Positions 36,696 to 47,096 of a DNA stretch of 64,000 bases are shown in pieces; the stretch's first letter is position 1; each line of letters opens with the position of its first letter. This stretch comes from Alphaproteobacteria bacterium (GTDB lineage: Bacteria > Pseudomonadota > Alphaproteobacteria > Bin95). The notes under the pieces are model-generated. The model had not been told where the DNA came from, ran no database searches, and saw nothing but the letters and a program-made list of their open reading frames with translations. Both the position numbers and the translations under genes were made by a program. The stretch is from the NCBI GenBank assembly GCA_965205265.1, contig CBDBGH010000003.1, forward strand, positions 2,816,001 through 2,880,000, given 5' to 3'.

Positions 36696-37688
36696 TCACT
36701 GCATCCGCTCTTCCGGCTGGATGAGGTAGAGGGGCGTCTCGCCGCGAACCGCGCGCAGGCAATTGGCGACGGCGCGTCCGAGGACGACCGGGCGCCGGCT
36801 GCCGCCGACCGAGGCCGAGTTGTGCGGCGAGCCGATGACATTCGGCAGGTCGAGCAGGGCTGTATCGACCCGGAAGCTGCCGTGGCGGACCGGCTCCACC
36901 CACCAGGCATCGAGGCATGCGGTGAAGGACGGCCGGGCGACAAGGTGGTCGTAGAGCGCGCGTTCGTCGATGATCTCGCCGCGCGCGAGGTTCACGAGGA
37001 TGGCGTTGTCCTTCATGCGCCGGAGCGCGTCCGCATCGATAACCCCCTCGGTCGCGGTGCTGAGCGGCGCGGTGATGAACAGGATGTCGGCGGCCTCCAG
37101 CAGCTCGTCCAGCCTGTCCGGGGTGCCGATCCAGTCAGCCGGCTCTTCGCTGGCGCCGCGCCGGTTGACGGCGTGGATCCTCATGCCGAAGGCGCGCATC
37201 AGCCGGGCGACCGCCGCCCCGATGCCGCCGAAGCCCAATATGCCGCAGACGCCGCCCGCCAGCCGGATATTGGGCTGGAACTGGTTGAAGCGCCCGGCGC
37301 GGAGCTCCGCATGCTCGGCGAACAGCCGCTTGGCGGCGGCCAGCGCCAGGGCGGCGCCGTGCTCGGCCATCGGCTCCGCGGAGGCGCCGCCATTGCCGGC
37401 GACCGGAAGCTCCGGCGGCAGGTCCTTCAGCGGCATGAAGTCCACGCCGGCAGGCAGCATCTGCAGCAGCCCGGCTCCGGCCAGGAGCGGCCATTCCTCC
37501 CGCCGGAAGTCGTTGCCCGTATGCCGGGCGAGCAGGGCTGCCGCGCGTTGCAGCATGCGCGCGCGGGCTTGGGGCGACGCGGCGTCGGCGAGGTAAAGGA
37601 GGGGGCCCGCGCCGCCCCAGGCTTCGGCGATGAAGCCGCGGTCCCGCTCGTTGGCGTCGAAGGCGACGACAAGGGCGTCTCTGGTCAA
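36696..37688 (-). CDS. D-2-hydroxyacid dehydrogenase
   Basis: TTG start overlapping the upstream stop; AGVD, MAEH, GFGGIG, NLARG, DAWW.EP, SPHNS (3' part of track ORF 36696..40298). Confidence 0.88.
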   Translation of the reverse strand: MTRDALVVAFDANERDRGFIAEAWGGAGPLLYLADAASPQARARMLQRAAALLARHTGNDFRREEWPLLAGAGLLQMLPAGVDFMPLKDLPPELPVAGNGGASAEPMAEHGAALALAAAKRLFAEHAELRAGRFNQFQPNIRLAGGVCGILGFGGIGAAVARLMRAFGMRIHAVNRRGASEEPADWIGTPDRLDELLEAADILFITAPLSTATEGVIDADALRRMKDNAILVNLARGEIIDERALYDHLVARPSFTACLDAWWVEPVRHGSFRVDTALLDLPNVIGSPHNSASVGGSRRPVVLGRAVANCLRAVRGETPLYLIQPEERMQ

Positions 37689-38584
37689 GGTCTCCGTTCT
37701 CCCGCGCGTCTGGCCAGCACCGTCTCGCGATAGCCGATATAGAGGCCCGACGCCACAATCAGGCCGGCCCCGACCCAGGTCCAGAGGTCCGGGAAGTAGC
37801 CGAAGACGACGAAGCCGAGCAGCGCCGCGAAGATCAGGTGGCTGTAGTTGAAAGGCGCGATGACCGAGGCCGGGCCGCAGCCGAGCGCCACGGTGTAGAG
37901 ATAGTGGCCGAGGCCGGAGAGCAGGCCGAGCGAGGCGATCATGGCGATCTCGACCGGGCTTGTCGGCACACGCCAGTCGCTCCAGACGACAAGGCTGAGT
38001 GCGACCGTTCCGACCACGGTGGCGATGGTCGCCGACGTCGCCGCGTCCTCGCCCGCGGAGAGCTTGCGCGTCAGCAAGGCGTAGAAGGCGCTGGAGACGG
38101 CGGAGCCGAGCGTGAAGACGATCTGCCAGGGCGTATCGCCGAAACCCGGCCTGATGATGACGAGCGCGCCGACGAAGCCGATTGCGACGGCCGACCAGCG
38201 CCTCGGCCCGACCCGCTCGCCGAGCACCGGGCCCGACAAAGCGGTGATGAACACGGGGCCGAGCATGGTGATGGCGGCGGCCGTGGCGAGCGGCACCCAC
38301 TTGATCGCGAGGAAGAAGCAGAGCGAGGCCGCGAGCAGGCAGGCGCCGCGCAGGACCTGCGCCGCCGGGCGCGCCGTCCGCAACAGCAGGAAGCGCGGGC
38401 CGCGCATGGGCGTGAACACCGCGACCATGAACAGCAGCGCGCCGACATAGCGGGCCCAGACAAGCTGCACGGACCCGTAGTCGGCGCGCAGGATCTTCAC
38501 CTCCGCATTGAGGATGGAGAAAAGCGCGACGGCGGACACCACGAGCAGGATCGCCAGTCCGATGCGGTCGCGGGGCCGGTTCAT
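37685..38584 (-). CDS. DMT/EamA family transporter
   Basis: About 10 TMs; LGERVGPRRW, IIRPG, IAPFNY. Confidence 0.92.
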   Translation of the reverse strand: MNRPRDRIGLAILLVVSAVALFSILNAEVKILRADYGSVQLVWARYVGALLFMVAVFTPMRGPRFLLLRTARPAAQVLRGACLLAASLCFFLAIKWVPLATAAAITMLGPVFITALSGPVLGERVGPRRWSAVAIGFVGALVIIRPGFGDTPWQIVFTLGSAVSSAFYALLTRKLSAGEDAATSATIATVVGTVALSLVVWSDWRVPTSPVEIAMIASLGLLSGLGHYLYTVALGCGPASVIAPFNYSHLIFAALLGFVVFGYFPDLWTWVGAGLIVASGLYIGYRETVLARRAGERRP

Positions 38585-38605
38585 AGGGGGACGGCTGAGG
38601 CCAGG

Positions 38606-41600
38606 CTACTGGGCGGCGGCCGCGCTTGCGAGCTGGCGGTGGACGAGCGCGGCGTAGAGGCCCCGCCGCGCCAGCAATTCGCCATGCGTGCCGGTTTCGA
38701 CCAGCCTGCCGCCGTCGAGCACCACGATCTTGTCCGCATCGCGCACGGTGGAGAGGCGGTGCGCGATCACCACGGTCGTCCTGTCGGCCTTCAGCACGTC
38801 GAGCGCGCGGCGCACGGCGAGTTCGTTGAGCGCGTCCAGATGGCTGGTGGCCTCGTCCAGGATCAGGATCGGCGCGTCCTTGAGGAAGGCACGAGCGATG
38901 GCGACCCGCTGGCGCTGGCCGCCGGAGAGGCTGGCGCCGCGCTCGCCGACCACGGTTTCGAGCCCTTCGGGGAGCGTGCGGATAAGCGGTCCGAGCGCGG
39001 CATGGTCCAGCGCTGCGGTCAGCTCCGCCTCGCTCGCGCCGGGCCGGGCGATGGTCACATTCGCGCGCAGCGTGTCGTTGAAAAGATATGTGTCCTGCGA
39101 GACCAGCGCGATGCGGCTGCGCAGCTCGTCCAGCCTGTAGTCGCGCAGGTCCACGCCATTGAGCGCGATACGGCCGGCATCCGGGTCCCAGAAGCGCATC
39201 AGCAATTGCGCCGTCGTGGTCTTGCCCGCCCCGGAGGCGCCGACCAGCGCCACCGTCTTCCCGGCCGGGATGGTCACCGTGACGTCGCCGAGCGCCCGCC
39301 GGGACTGGCCGGGATAGGCGAAGCTCACACCCTCCAGCGAGAGGCCCGCCTGCATGTCGCCGCCCTCTTCCGCGCCTGGCCCGTCCGCCACCGGCACCGG
39401 CTCGTTCTCCAGCGCGTAATAGCGCCGGGTCGCGCCCAGCGTGTCCGCCAGCCGCCGCCCGATCTGGGCGATCTCCGAGACCGGCAGGAAGGCCGACATG
39501 GCGAGCAGCGCCAGCAGCGGCAGGAGCCCGGCATCGACCGCGCCCGCCTGGACCAGCAGCGCGCCGCTCACCACCACCGCAAGGCCGCCGAGGCCGGTCA
39601 GCACTTCCAGCAGGCTTTCCTGCAGGGTCACCTCGCCGAAGAAGGGCAGGCGGAGCGCGATATGCCGGTCGGCCAGCCGGTCGAAGCCGTCCGCGCGGCG
39701 GCGTTCGTCCTGGAAGGAGACGATTTCGCCGAGCCCCTGGACGGAGTCGATGGCATAGGCGCCGAGCTCGCCCGCCGCCTCGCGCGCCCGGGAGCCGAGC
39801 CGGTCCACCCGGCCGCGCATCAGGAAGGGGCTGAGCCCGACGGCCGCCAGGAACGGAACCAGCGCGAGCGCAATCCACGGACTCGCCGAGCCCAGCACGA
39901 CGATGACGAGGGCCGGCACCAGCACCGCAACGAAGGCGGGCGCGACGGTGTGGGCGAAAAAATACTCGATGAGCTCGATGTCGTGCGTGGCGAGGTTCAT
40001 CAGGTCGCCTGTGCGCCGCCGCACCAGATAGGCGGGCGCCAGCTTGTCCAGCTTGCGGAAGGCATCGACGCGCATCTCCGCCAGCAGGCGGAACGCCATG
40101 TCGTGCGCCACCCAGGATTCGAGCCAGTGGACGATGCCGGCCAGGGGCGCCAGCACCCAGAGCCAGACGAGAAGATGATCGTAGGGCGCGCCGTTCTTCA
40201 GGCTGAAGACGATGAGCGCGCTCACCGCGCCGACGCCGATAAAGGCGAGCACGCGCACGACGCCGAACAGGAAGGTCAGCCCGAGGCGGCCCTTCCACGG
40301 CAGGATCACGCGCATCAGTGCGGCGACGACCTGGAACCAGGCGAGCCCTTCCGCCTTGATGACGCCTTCCGTCGGCGCCTGCTTCGCCCCGCCGGGCGTT
40401 GCGTCCAGGGTTTCCGTCGTCGGGCGTTCGGCGGCGTCGATGAGGAGGTCGTCTTCCCTTTCCTCGGACTCGCGCGCCTGCTCGCGCATGAGCGAGGCAT
40501 AGACGCCGTCAGGCATCGTCATCAGCTCGCCATGCGGCCCGCTTTCCACGACCCGCCCCTCCTCCATCGCGAGGATGCGGTCGCAGTCGATCACACTGGA
40601 GAGCCGGTGGGCGAGGATCAGCGTGGTGCGGCCCTGCATCAGCCGGTCGAGCGCTTCCTGGATGACGGCCTCATTGTCGGCATCGACGGCCGAGAGCGCC
40701 TCGTCCAGCACCAGAATCGGCGTGTCGCGGAGCACCGCGCGGGCAATCGCAACGCGCTGGCGCTGCCCGCCGGACAGCTTGATCCCCTTCTCGCCGATGA
40801 TCGTCTCGTAGCCGTCCGGCAGCGTGTCGATGAAGCCCTTGATGTTGGCGACCCGCGCCGCCTCCTCGACTTCCTGCACGCTCGCATCCGGGCGGCCCAT
40901 GCGGATGTTCTCGCCGATGGTGCCGTGGAAGAGGAAGGTGTCCTGGTTGACAACCGAAATGTTGCGCCGGATCTGCGCGAAGCTCATCTGCCGGAGATCG
41001 ATGCCGCCCAGGGTTACGCGCCCGGCGTCCGGGTCGAAGAAGCGCAGCAGCAGGCGCACGATGGATGTCTTGCCGCAGCCGCTCTGCCCGACCACGCCGA
41101 TCCGCTCTCCCGGCGCGACCGAGAAGGAAAGGCCCCTGTGCGCCGGCCCGCGCGCGCCGGGATAGCCGAAGGTCACATTCTCGAACGCGATGGCCGGTGC
41201 CAGACGGTCCGCCTGCTCGTTCTCGGGGCCGTCGGCAACCTCCTGTCCGGCATCGAGGATGGCGTAGATGCCCTGGGCCGCCGACAGCCCGACCATGCCC
41301 TGGTGGAGCACGGCGCGGAGGTCCCGCATCGGGCGGAAGATCTCAACGCCCATCATCAGGATGACGAGCAGGCCCGCGAGCTCCATCTCGCCGGCGGAGA
41401 CCCTGGACGCGCCGAGCGCCAGCGCCGCCGCCGCCCCGATGGCGATCATGCAGTCGGTAATGCCGCGCGAGAGCACATTCGTGCCGAGCACCCACATGGT
41501 GCGCCGGAAGAGTTCGCGCGCCTTGTACGCCAGCAGGTCGGCCCGGGCCGCGCTCTGCCCGAAGGCCTTGAGCGTGCCGAGGCCCTGGATGGAGTCGAGG

Positions 41601-42193
41601 AACTCGGCCGCGAAGTCGGCATAGGCCGTCTGGCGCTTGCGCGAACTCATCACGTCGAGGCTGTGCCAGGCGGCGGGCAGCAGCAGCGCGGCGAGCGCGA
41701 AGGCGCACAGGACCGCCGCAACGGGCAGGTCGATGAATGCAACGAAGGCGAAGATGAGCAGCGGCGTCAGGAACGACACCAGGAGTTGGGGCAGATACTG
41801 GCCGAAATAGGTTTCGAGCTGCTCGACGCCATCGACCAGCGAGAGCGTGAGCGCGCCGGAGCGCTGCCGCCCGGCATAGGAAGGCCCGAGCGCCGCGATG
41901 CGGTCGAACAGCATGCGCCGGAGCCGCTTCTGGACGAGCGCGGCCGTCTTGTGTGCGACGATGGTCCGCCAGTGCTCGCACGCCCCGCGCGCCACCATCA
42001 CAACGGCGATGCCGAGTATGGGCCAGACCAGTTCGGCGGCGGTGGCGCCGGCGAAGACGCGCCCGATCAGCCAGCCGAGCAGCGCCAGCCGCGCGACGCC
42101 CAGCGCCGCCGCCAGCAGCCCGACCGCCATCGAGAAGAAGATGCGCCCGCGAACGCCCTCGGTGAAGCGCCAGAGGCGAAGTTCCAGATGCAT
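38606..42193 (-). CDS. Fused heterodimeric ABC transporter (TMD-NBD-TMD-NBD, CydDC/IrtAB-like)
   Basis: Two Walker A motifs (GQSGCGKT, GASGAGKT), two LSGGQRQR signatures, two TM domains. Confidence 0.92.
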   Translation of the reverse strand: MHLELRLWRFTEGVRGRIFFSMAVGLLAAALGVARLALLGWLIGRVFAGATAAELVWPILGIAVVMVARGACEHWRTIVAHKTAALVQKRLRRMLFDRIAALGPSYAGRQRSGALTLSLVDGVEQLETYFGQYLPQLLVSFLTPLLIFAFVAFIDLPVAAVLCAFALAALLLPAAWHSLDVMSSRKRQTAYADFAAEFLDSIQGLGTLKAFGQSAARADLLAYKARELFRRTMWVLGTNVLSRGITDCMIAIGAAAALALGASRVSAGEMELAGLLVILMMGVEIFRPMRDLRAVLHQGMVGLSAAQGIYAILDAGQEVADGPENEQADRLAPAIAFENVTFGYPGARGPAHRGLSFSVAPGERIGVVGQSGCGKTSIVRLLLRFFDPDAGRVTLGGIDLRQMSFAQIRRNISVVNQDTFLFHGTIGENIRMGRPDASVQEVEEAARVANIKGFIDTLPDGYETIIGEKGIKLSGGQRQRVAIARAVLRDTPILVLDEALSAVDADNEAVIQEALDRLMQGRTTLILAHRLSSVIDCDRILAMEEGRVVESGPHGELMTMPDGVYASLMREQARESEEREDDLLIDAAERPTTETLDATPGGAKQAPTEGVIKAEGLAWFQVVAALMRVILPWKGRLGLTFLFGVVRVLAFIGVGAVSALIVFSLKNGAPYDHLLVWLWVLAPLAGIVHWLESWVAHDMAFRLLAEMRVDAFRKLDKLAPAYLVRRRTGDLMNLATHDIELIEYFFAHTVAPAFVAVLVPALVIVVLGSASPWIALALVPFLAAVGLSPFLMRGRVDRLGSRAREAAGELGAYAIDSVQGLGEIVSFQDERRRADGFDRLADRHIALRLPFFGEVTLQESLLEVLTGLGGLAVVVSGALLVQAGAVDAGLLPLLALLAMSAFLPVSEIAQIGRRLADTLGATRRYYALENEPVPVADGPGAEEGGDMQAGLSLEGVSFAYPGQSRRALGDVTVTIPAGKTVALVGASGAGKTTTAQLLMRFWDPDAGRIALNGVDLRDYRLDELRSRIALVSQDTYLFNDTLRANVTIARPGASEAELTAALDHAALGPLIRTLPEGLETVVGERGASLSGGQRQRVAIARAFLKDAPILILDEATSHLDALNELAVRRALDVLKADRTTVVIAHRLSTVRDADKIVVLDGGRLVETGTHGELLARRGLYAALVHRQLASAAAAQ

Positions 42194-42310
42194 GGGGCCC
42201 TTCCAGACGCGGCCGAAACCGGACCCGCGAAAGCCGGCCGCGGACCCGGCGGCCCGGTTTGGGCGGAAACCCGGCCCATGTCAACGACGCCCCGGAAGCC
42301 GGCTCCGGCT

Positions 42311-42667
42311 TCACCAGCGCCGCCACGCCTCCACGATCAGCGCCAAGGCGGCGGTCCAGACGAGGGCGGCGGCGGCGCGGAACGCCCATTGCGCCGGGCG
42401 CGGCCAGCGGCGGATGGCCCGCCGGCTCCAGTAAAGCAGGGGAATGCACCAGGGCGCCGCCCAGCTTACCGCAATGGCGGCCGGCCACCGGGCCTCCTGC
42501 GGCGCGGGCCCGCCGAAGAAGAACCGGGTCACGGCGTCCGAGACGACGGCGCCGGGGATGGAAAGCATGACGAGGCCGAACAGGAAGCCCAGGCCCAGAG
42601 CCGCCAGCAGCACATAGCAGCGCGGCGAGAAGACGAAGAGCAGAATGCGGAACCAGAGGTCGTTCAT
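42311..42667 (-). CDS. Small membrane protein, hypothetical
   Basis: MNDLWFRILLFVF...; three to four hydrophobic segments; GAGG RBS. Confidence 0.6.
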   Translation of the reverse strand: MNDLWFRILLFVFSPRCYVLLAALGLGFLFGLVMLSIPGAVVSDAVTRFFFGGPAPQEARWPAAIAVSWAAPWCIPLLYWSRRAIRRWPRPAQWAFRAAAALVWTAALALIVEAWRRW

Positions 42668-42741
42668 GCCGCCCTCTGCGCTTGCGGCGCGGCGCCGGCT
42701 GCTGCAAGAGTCGGGGCGATGGAACATCGGAGGCCCGCCCC

Positions 42742-43632
42742 ATGACGCCCGAACGCATTCTGGCCGAACCGCCGCGCGTGCTGCCGCAGCAGGCGCGCAT
42801 CGACTATTTCGAGAAGGGTTTCGCGCTGGTCGAGGATGCGGTGCCGGAGGCCTGGATCGACCGGCTGCTGGCAGTCACCGGGCGCATGGTGGAGGCGAGC
42901 CGCTCGGAGCGGGAATCGGGACATGTCTTCGACCTCGCCCCCGAACACAGCGCCGACCGCCCGCGCGTGCGCCGCATCAAGCGCCCGGACGAGCAGGACG
43001 GGGCCTATTGGGCCTTCGTGCAGGAGGTGCTGGCCGACATGGCGGCCGACCTGCTGGGCCCGGATGTCGTGTTCCACCATTCCAAGCTGAACTTCAAATG
43101 GTTCGAGGGCGGCGACGAGGTGCAGTGGCACCAGGACATCCAGTTCTATCCGCATACCAACTACGACCATCTGACCGTCGGCACCTACCTTTCGGACACG
43201 GGGCCCGAAAACGGCCCCATGTCCATGCTGCCCGGAAGCCACAGAGGACCGCTCTACGACCTCTACGCGCCGGACGGCAACTGGGCGGGCCACCTGCAGG
43301 CCGAAGACGCCGCCGCCCTGGCGACGGACGACGCCGAAACCCTCACCTGCCGGCGGGGCGCCGTCACGATCCACAATTGCCGCACGCTTCACTATTCCCG
43401 CCCGAGCCGGACCGACGCCGGGCGGCCGCTGCTGCTGAACGCCTTTGCCGCCGCCGACGCCCGGCCCTATACGCCGCATCCCGACCCGTCCCGCCACACC
43501 GGCGAGGTGGTCCGCGGCGCGCCCGCGCGGATCGCCCGCCACGATCCCCGGTCCTGCCCGATTCCGCCGGACTGGTCGGGCGGCTACAGCTCGATCTTCG
43601 CTGCGCAGTCCGGCGAAGACGCGGCGATGTAG
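42742..43632 (+). CDS. Phytanoyl-CoA dioxygenase (PhyH) family Fe/2OG dioxygenase
   Basis: KLNFK, WHQD, LPGSH, TLHYS motifs. Confidence 0.92.
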   Translation: MTPERILAEPPRVLPQQARIDYFEKGFALVEDAVPEAWIDRLLAVTGRMVEASRSERESGHVFDLAPEHSADRPRVRRIKRPDEQDGAYWAFVQEVLADMAADLLGPDVVFHHSKLNFKWFEGGDEVQWHQDIQFYPHTNYDHLTVGTYLSDTGPENGPMSMLPGSHRGPLYDLYAPDGNWAGHLQAEDAAALATDDAETLTCRRGAVTIHNCRTLHYSRPSRTDAGRPLLLNAFAAADARPYTPHPDPSRHTGEVVRGAPARIARHDPRSCPIPPDWSGGYSSIFAAQSGEDAAM

Positions 43633-43641
43633 CCCGGCCCG

Positions 43642-44430
43642 TCAGCGGTTGTTGTAGTTCCCAGCCCGCTTTTCGCGCCAGGCGGCGATGGCTTCCTTGT
43701 GGTCCTCGCTGGAGCGCGCCAGCACCATGTGCGACGACACCATGTCGAGAGCGCTGCGCAGGTCCATGTCCAGCCCGGCATACATGGCGCGCTTGATGAG
43801 CCGGATCGAGATCGGCGAGGAGTTCACCAGCTTCTCCACATAGGCGCGGGTGCCCGCCTGGAGTTCGTCATCGGGGAAGACCTTGTTGACCAAGCCGATC
43901 TCCAGCGCTTCCTGAGCCGAGAGGAAGTCCGCGCTCCAGAGCAGCTCCAGCGCCTTCGGCACGCCGACGATGCGCGGCAGGAACCACGCCCCGCCATTGC
44001 CCGGCACGAGGCCGACGCGCACATAGGTCTCCGCGAAGCGCGCACTCTCGGCAGCGAAGCGCAGGTCGGCATGCAGGCTCATATCCATGCCGGCGCCGAC
44101 GGCGACGCCGTTCACGGCCGCGATCACCGGCTTGTCGATCTCGCGGATCTTGAGCGAGAGCTTCTGGATCAGGTCCCAGAGGCCCGACTTGATCTCCAGC
44201 GGCGTCGGCGGCGTGTCGCTGCCCATCTGCCGGGTGTCCCCGCCGGCGCAGAAGCCGCGTCCGGCTGCGGTGACGATCACCGCCCAGATATCCTCGCGCG
44301 TCCGGCACTCCTCCAGCCGGTCCAGGTATCCCGTCAGCATCTCATGCGTGAAGGCGTTCAGCCGGTCCGGGTTGTTGAAGGTGATGGTCGCGATTCTGTC
44401 GCTGACATCGAAAAGCAGTTTGTCGGTCAC
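43642..44430 (-). CDS. Enoyl-CoA hydratase/isomerase
   Basis: [31 protein letters not shown]. Confidence 0.93.
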   Translation of the reverse strand: MTDKLLFDVSDRIATITFNNPDRLNAFTHEMLTGYLDRLEECRTREDIWAVIVTAAGRGFCAGGDTRQMGSDTPPTPLEIKSGLWDLIQKLSLKIREIDKPVIAAVNGVAVGAGMDMSLHADLRFAAESARFAETYVRVGLVPGNGGAWFLPRIVGVPKALELLWSADFLSAQEALEIGLVNKVFPDDELQAGTRAYVEKLVNSSPISIRLIKRAMYAGLDMDLRSALDMVSSHMVLARSSEDHKEAIAAWREKRAGNYNNR

Positions 44431-44582
44431 GCCGTTCCTCCGGTGGTCTCATCGACGGAGGCAGCCTAGCCCGATTTTCCATCCGCGGTCACGGCTGGCG
44501 AAGAAAAGGACGGGACTTCATACTGGAGCCGTTCTCCGGCGAACCGCCGACAAGGCCGGCGTCCATGCAGAGGAGGAGCCCG

Positions 44583-46310
44583 ATGTCGACTCTCACCCAA
44601 AGCCCGGCTGCCGGCCTCGCGGAGCCCGGCGCGCCGCGGGACGGCCTGTCCCATGTCACCGGCGAACGGGCGCCGCCGCTCGGATACCAGACCATTCCGC
44701 AGGCGCTCGGCGAGGCGGTTTCCCGCCACGGCGCGCGCCGCGCGGTCGTGCTGCCGCAAGAGGGCCGGACGCTGACCTATGAGGAGCTCGACTGGCAGGT
44801 GGACGCGCTCGCCGCCGGGCTCCTCGCCCTGGGGCTCGGCAAGGGCGACCGCGTCGGCATCTGGTCGCCCAACCGGCTCGAATGGGTCCTGACCCAGTTC
44901 GCCACCGCCCGCTTCGGCGCGATCCTGGTCAACATCAACCCCGCCTACCGGCCGTTCGAGCTCGAATATGCGCTGAATGCGGTCGGCTGCAAGGCGATCG
45001 TCGCGGCGGAAGCCTTCAAGTCGTCGCGCTATATCGACATGCTGCGCGAGCTCGCCCCCGAGCTCGAAAGCTGCGAGCCGGGCCGGCTCAATTCGTCGAA
45101 ACTGCCCCGCCTCGAAACCGTCATCGCGATGAGCGACGAGCCGGGCCCCGGGATCTTCCGCTTCGAGGACGCGATCCGGCTCGGCGGGCCGGAGCAGATG
45201 GCGCAGCTGGACGCGCTCACCGCGAGCCTCAGCCCCGACGACCCGATCAACATCCAGTTCACCTCCGGCACCACGGGGTCTCCCAAGGGCGCGACGCTCA
45301 CCCACTACAACATCGTCAACAATGCGCGCTTCGTCACCGGCCGCATCCGGCTGGCCGAGGGGGAGGCGCTGTGCATCCCGGTGCCGCTCTACCACTGTTT
45401 CGGCATGGTGATGGGGGTGCTGGGCTGCGTCACGCAGGGCGCTGCGATGGTGTTTCCGGGCGAGGGCTTCGATGCGGCGGAAACGCTGTATGCGGTGTCG
45501 GAAGCCCGCTGCGCCGCGCTTTACGGCGTGCCGACCATGTTCGTCGCCATGCTGGAGGAGGCGGCGCGCGGCGGCTACGACCTGTCCTCGCTGCGAACGG
45601 GCGTCATGGCGGGCGCGAGTTGCCCCATCGAGGTGATGCAGCGGGTGATCGACGAGATGAACATGAAGGAAGTCACCATCTGTTACGGCATGACCGAGAC
45701 CTCGCCCGTCTCGTTCCAGAGCTTCGTGGACGACCCGATCGACAAGCGCGTGACGACGGTGGGGCGCGTCCACCCGCATCTGGAGGTCAAGATCGTCGAT
45801 GCCGAGGGCAAGATCGTCCCGGTCGGCGAGTCGGGGGAGCTATGCACGCGCGGCTATTCGGTGATGCGCGGCTACTGGGGCGACGAAGAGCGGACGAGCG
45901 AGAGCATCGTGGACGGCTGGATGCACTCGGGCGACCTGGCGACGCTCGACGAGGAGGGCTTCTGCTGCATCGTCGGGCGGGTGAAGGACATGATCATCCG
46001 CGGCGGCGAGAACGTCTATCCGCGCGAGATCGAGGACTATCTGTTCCGCCATCCCGATATCCGCGAGGCGCAGGTGTTCGGCATCCCGGACAGGCGGTTC
46101 GGCGAGCAGGTCTGCGCCTGGGTCGTGCCGCATGAGGGCGCGGCGCTCCAGCCCGAGGACGTGGTGGCGTTCTGCCGGGGCCGGATCGCGCACTTCAAGG
46201 TGCCGAAGCATGTGCGCATCGTCGAAGAACTGCCGATGACGGTCACGGGCAAGCCGCAGAAATTCGTCATGCGCGACTGGATGGTGGAGAACGGCTACGC
46301 CGACACCTGA
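44583..46310 (+). CDS. Acyl-CoA synthetase (AMP-binding, ACSF2-like)
   Basis: [44 protein letters not shown]. Confidence 0.95.
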   Translation: MSTLTQSPAAGLAEPGAPRDGLSHVTGERAPPLGYQTIPQALGEAVSRHGARRAVVLPQEGRTLTYEELDWQVDALAAGLLALGLGKGDRVGIWSPNRLEWVLTQFATARFGAILVNINPAYRPFELEYALNAVGCKAIVAAEAFKSSRYIDMLRELAPELESCEPGRLNSSKLPRLETVIAMSDEPGPGIFRFEDAIRLGGPEQMAQLDALTASLSPDDPINIQFTSGTTGSPKGATLTHYNIVNNARFVTGRIRLAEGEALCIPVPLYHCFGMVMGVLGCVTQGAAMVFPGEGFDAAETLYAVSEARCAALYGVPTMFVAMLEEAARGGYDLSSLRTGVMAGASCPIEVMQRVIDEMNMKEVTICYGMTETSPVSFQSFVDDPIDKRVTTVGRVHPHLEVKIVDAEGKIVPVGESGELCTRGYSVMRGYWGDEERTSESIVDGWMHSGDLATLDEEGFCCIVGRVKDMIIRGGENVYPREIEDYLFRHPDIREAQVFGIPDRRFGEQVCAWVVPHEGAALQPEDVVAFCRGRIAHFKVPKHVRIVEELPMTVTGKPQKFVMRDWMVENGYADT

Positions 46311-46387
46311 CCCGCTCTCCCGTCGCCCCGGACGGCGCGCCAGCGGCGATCCGGGGCCTCCATGCAGCGGTGTCCCGGCCCCGCAAA

Positions 46388-47038
46388 TCAGCCGAGCTTG
46401 GCGAGCAGCTCCGCCGGGATGTGCGGCACCGGGTCCGAGTTCTGCCAGCAGGGCAGCGCTTCCACCCGGGCGATCCAGCCCCTTATGTTCGGGTAGTCGT
46501 CGAGCGGCAGCTTTTGCACGGCATGCAGGTGCATCGGCGCGGCGACCGCGATATCGGCGATGGTCGGGTTGTCGGCGCAGAGCCACTCGCGCCCTTCGAG
46601 CGCCGTTTCCAGGATCGAGGCGAGATTGCGGAACGCCGGCTCGTGCGCGTCCAGTACCGCCTGGTCCGGCGTCGAGTCGAGGATCGGGTTGACCACGTTC
46701 TGGACCAGATAGACATAGCAGGCGTCGAACCACTTGCTGCATTCCCAGAGCAGCCAGCGGGCGATGTCGGCGCGAATCTTCGCGTCGGCCGGATAGGCCG
46801 TCCTGTTGCCGGTCTTCTCCGCCCCATAGACGAGGATGGCGTTCGACTCCCACAGCACGAGGTCGCCGTCCACCAGCGCGGGCAGTTCCGCATTCGGGTT
46901 GACCGCCCGGAATTCGGGCTTCTTGTGATCCCCGCCGAAATAGCTGAGCAACTCGTCCTCGTAGCCGGCGCCGATGAGGTCGAGGCCGGCGACGACCTTG
47001 CGGCAATTCACGGTGATCGGGTCGTAGTAGAGCTTCAT
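46388..47038 (-). CDS. Glutathione S-transferase
   Basis: VNPNAELPALVDGD...ESNAI, PTIADIA. Confidence 0.92.
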   Translation of the reverse strand: MKLYYDPITVNCRKVVAGLDLIGAGYEDELLSYFGGDHKKPEFRAVNPNAELPALVDGDLVLWESNAILVYGAEKTGNRTAYPADAKIRADIARWLLWECSKWFDACYVYLVQNVVNPILDSTPDQAVLDAHEPAFRNLASILETALEGREWLCADNPTIADIAVAAPMHLHAVQKLPLDDYPNIRGWIARVEALPCWQNSDPVPHIPAELLAKLG

Positions 47039-47096
47039 CTGGGCGGTCTCCCGGCTGGCTTCGATTGCCCTGTTTACCCCGTCGCTACCCTTCCGC

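Noticed and set aside
36696-40298. 1200-aa ORF ending in a hydroxyacid dehydrogenase (similarly 4806..8027, 31712..34555, 26699..28405)
   Set aside because: Only the 3' portions are real genes; the extensions are off-frame or antisense overlaps with neighbouring genes or repeats.
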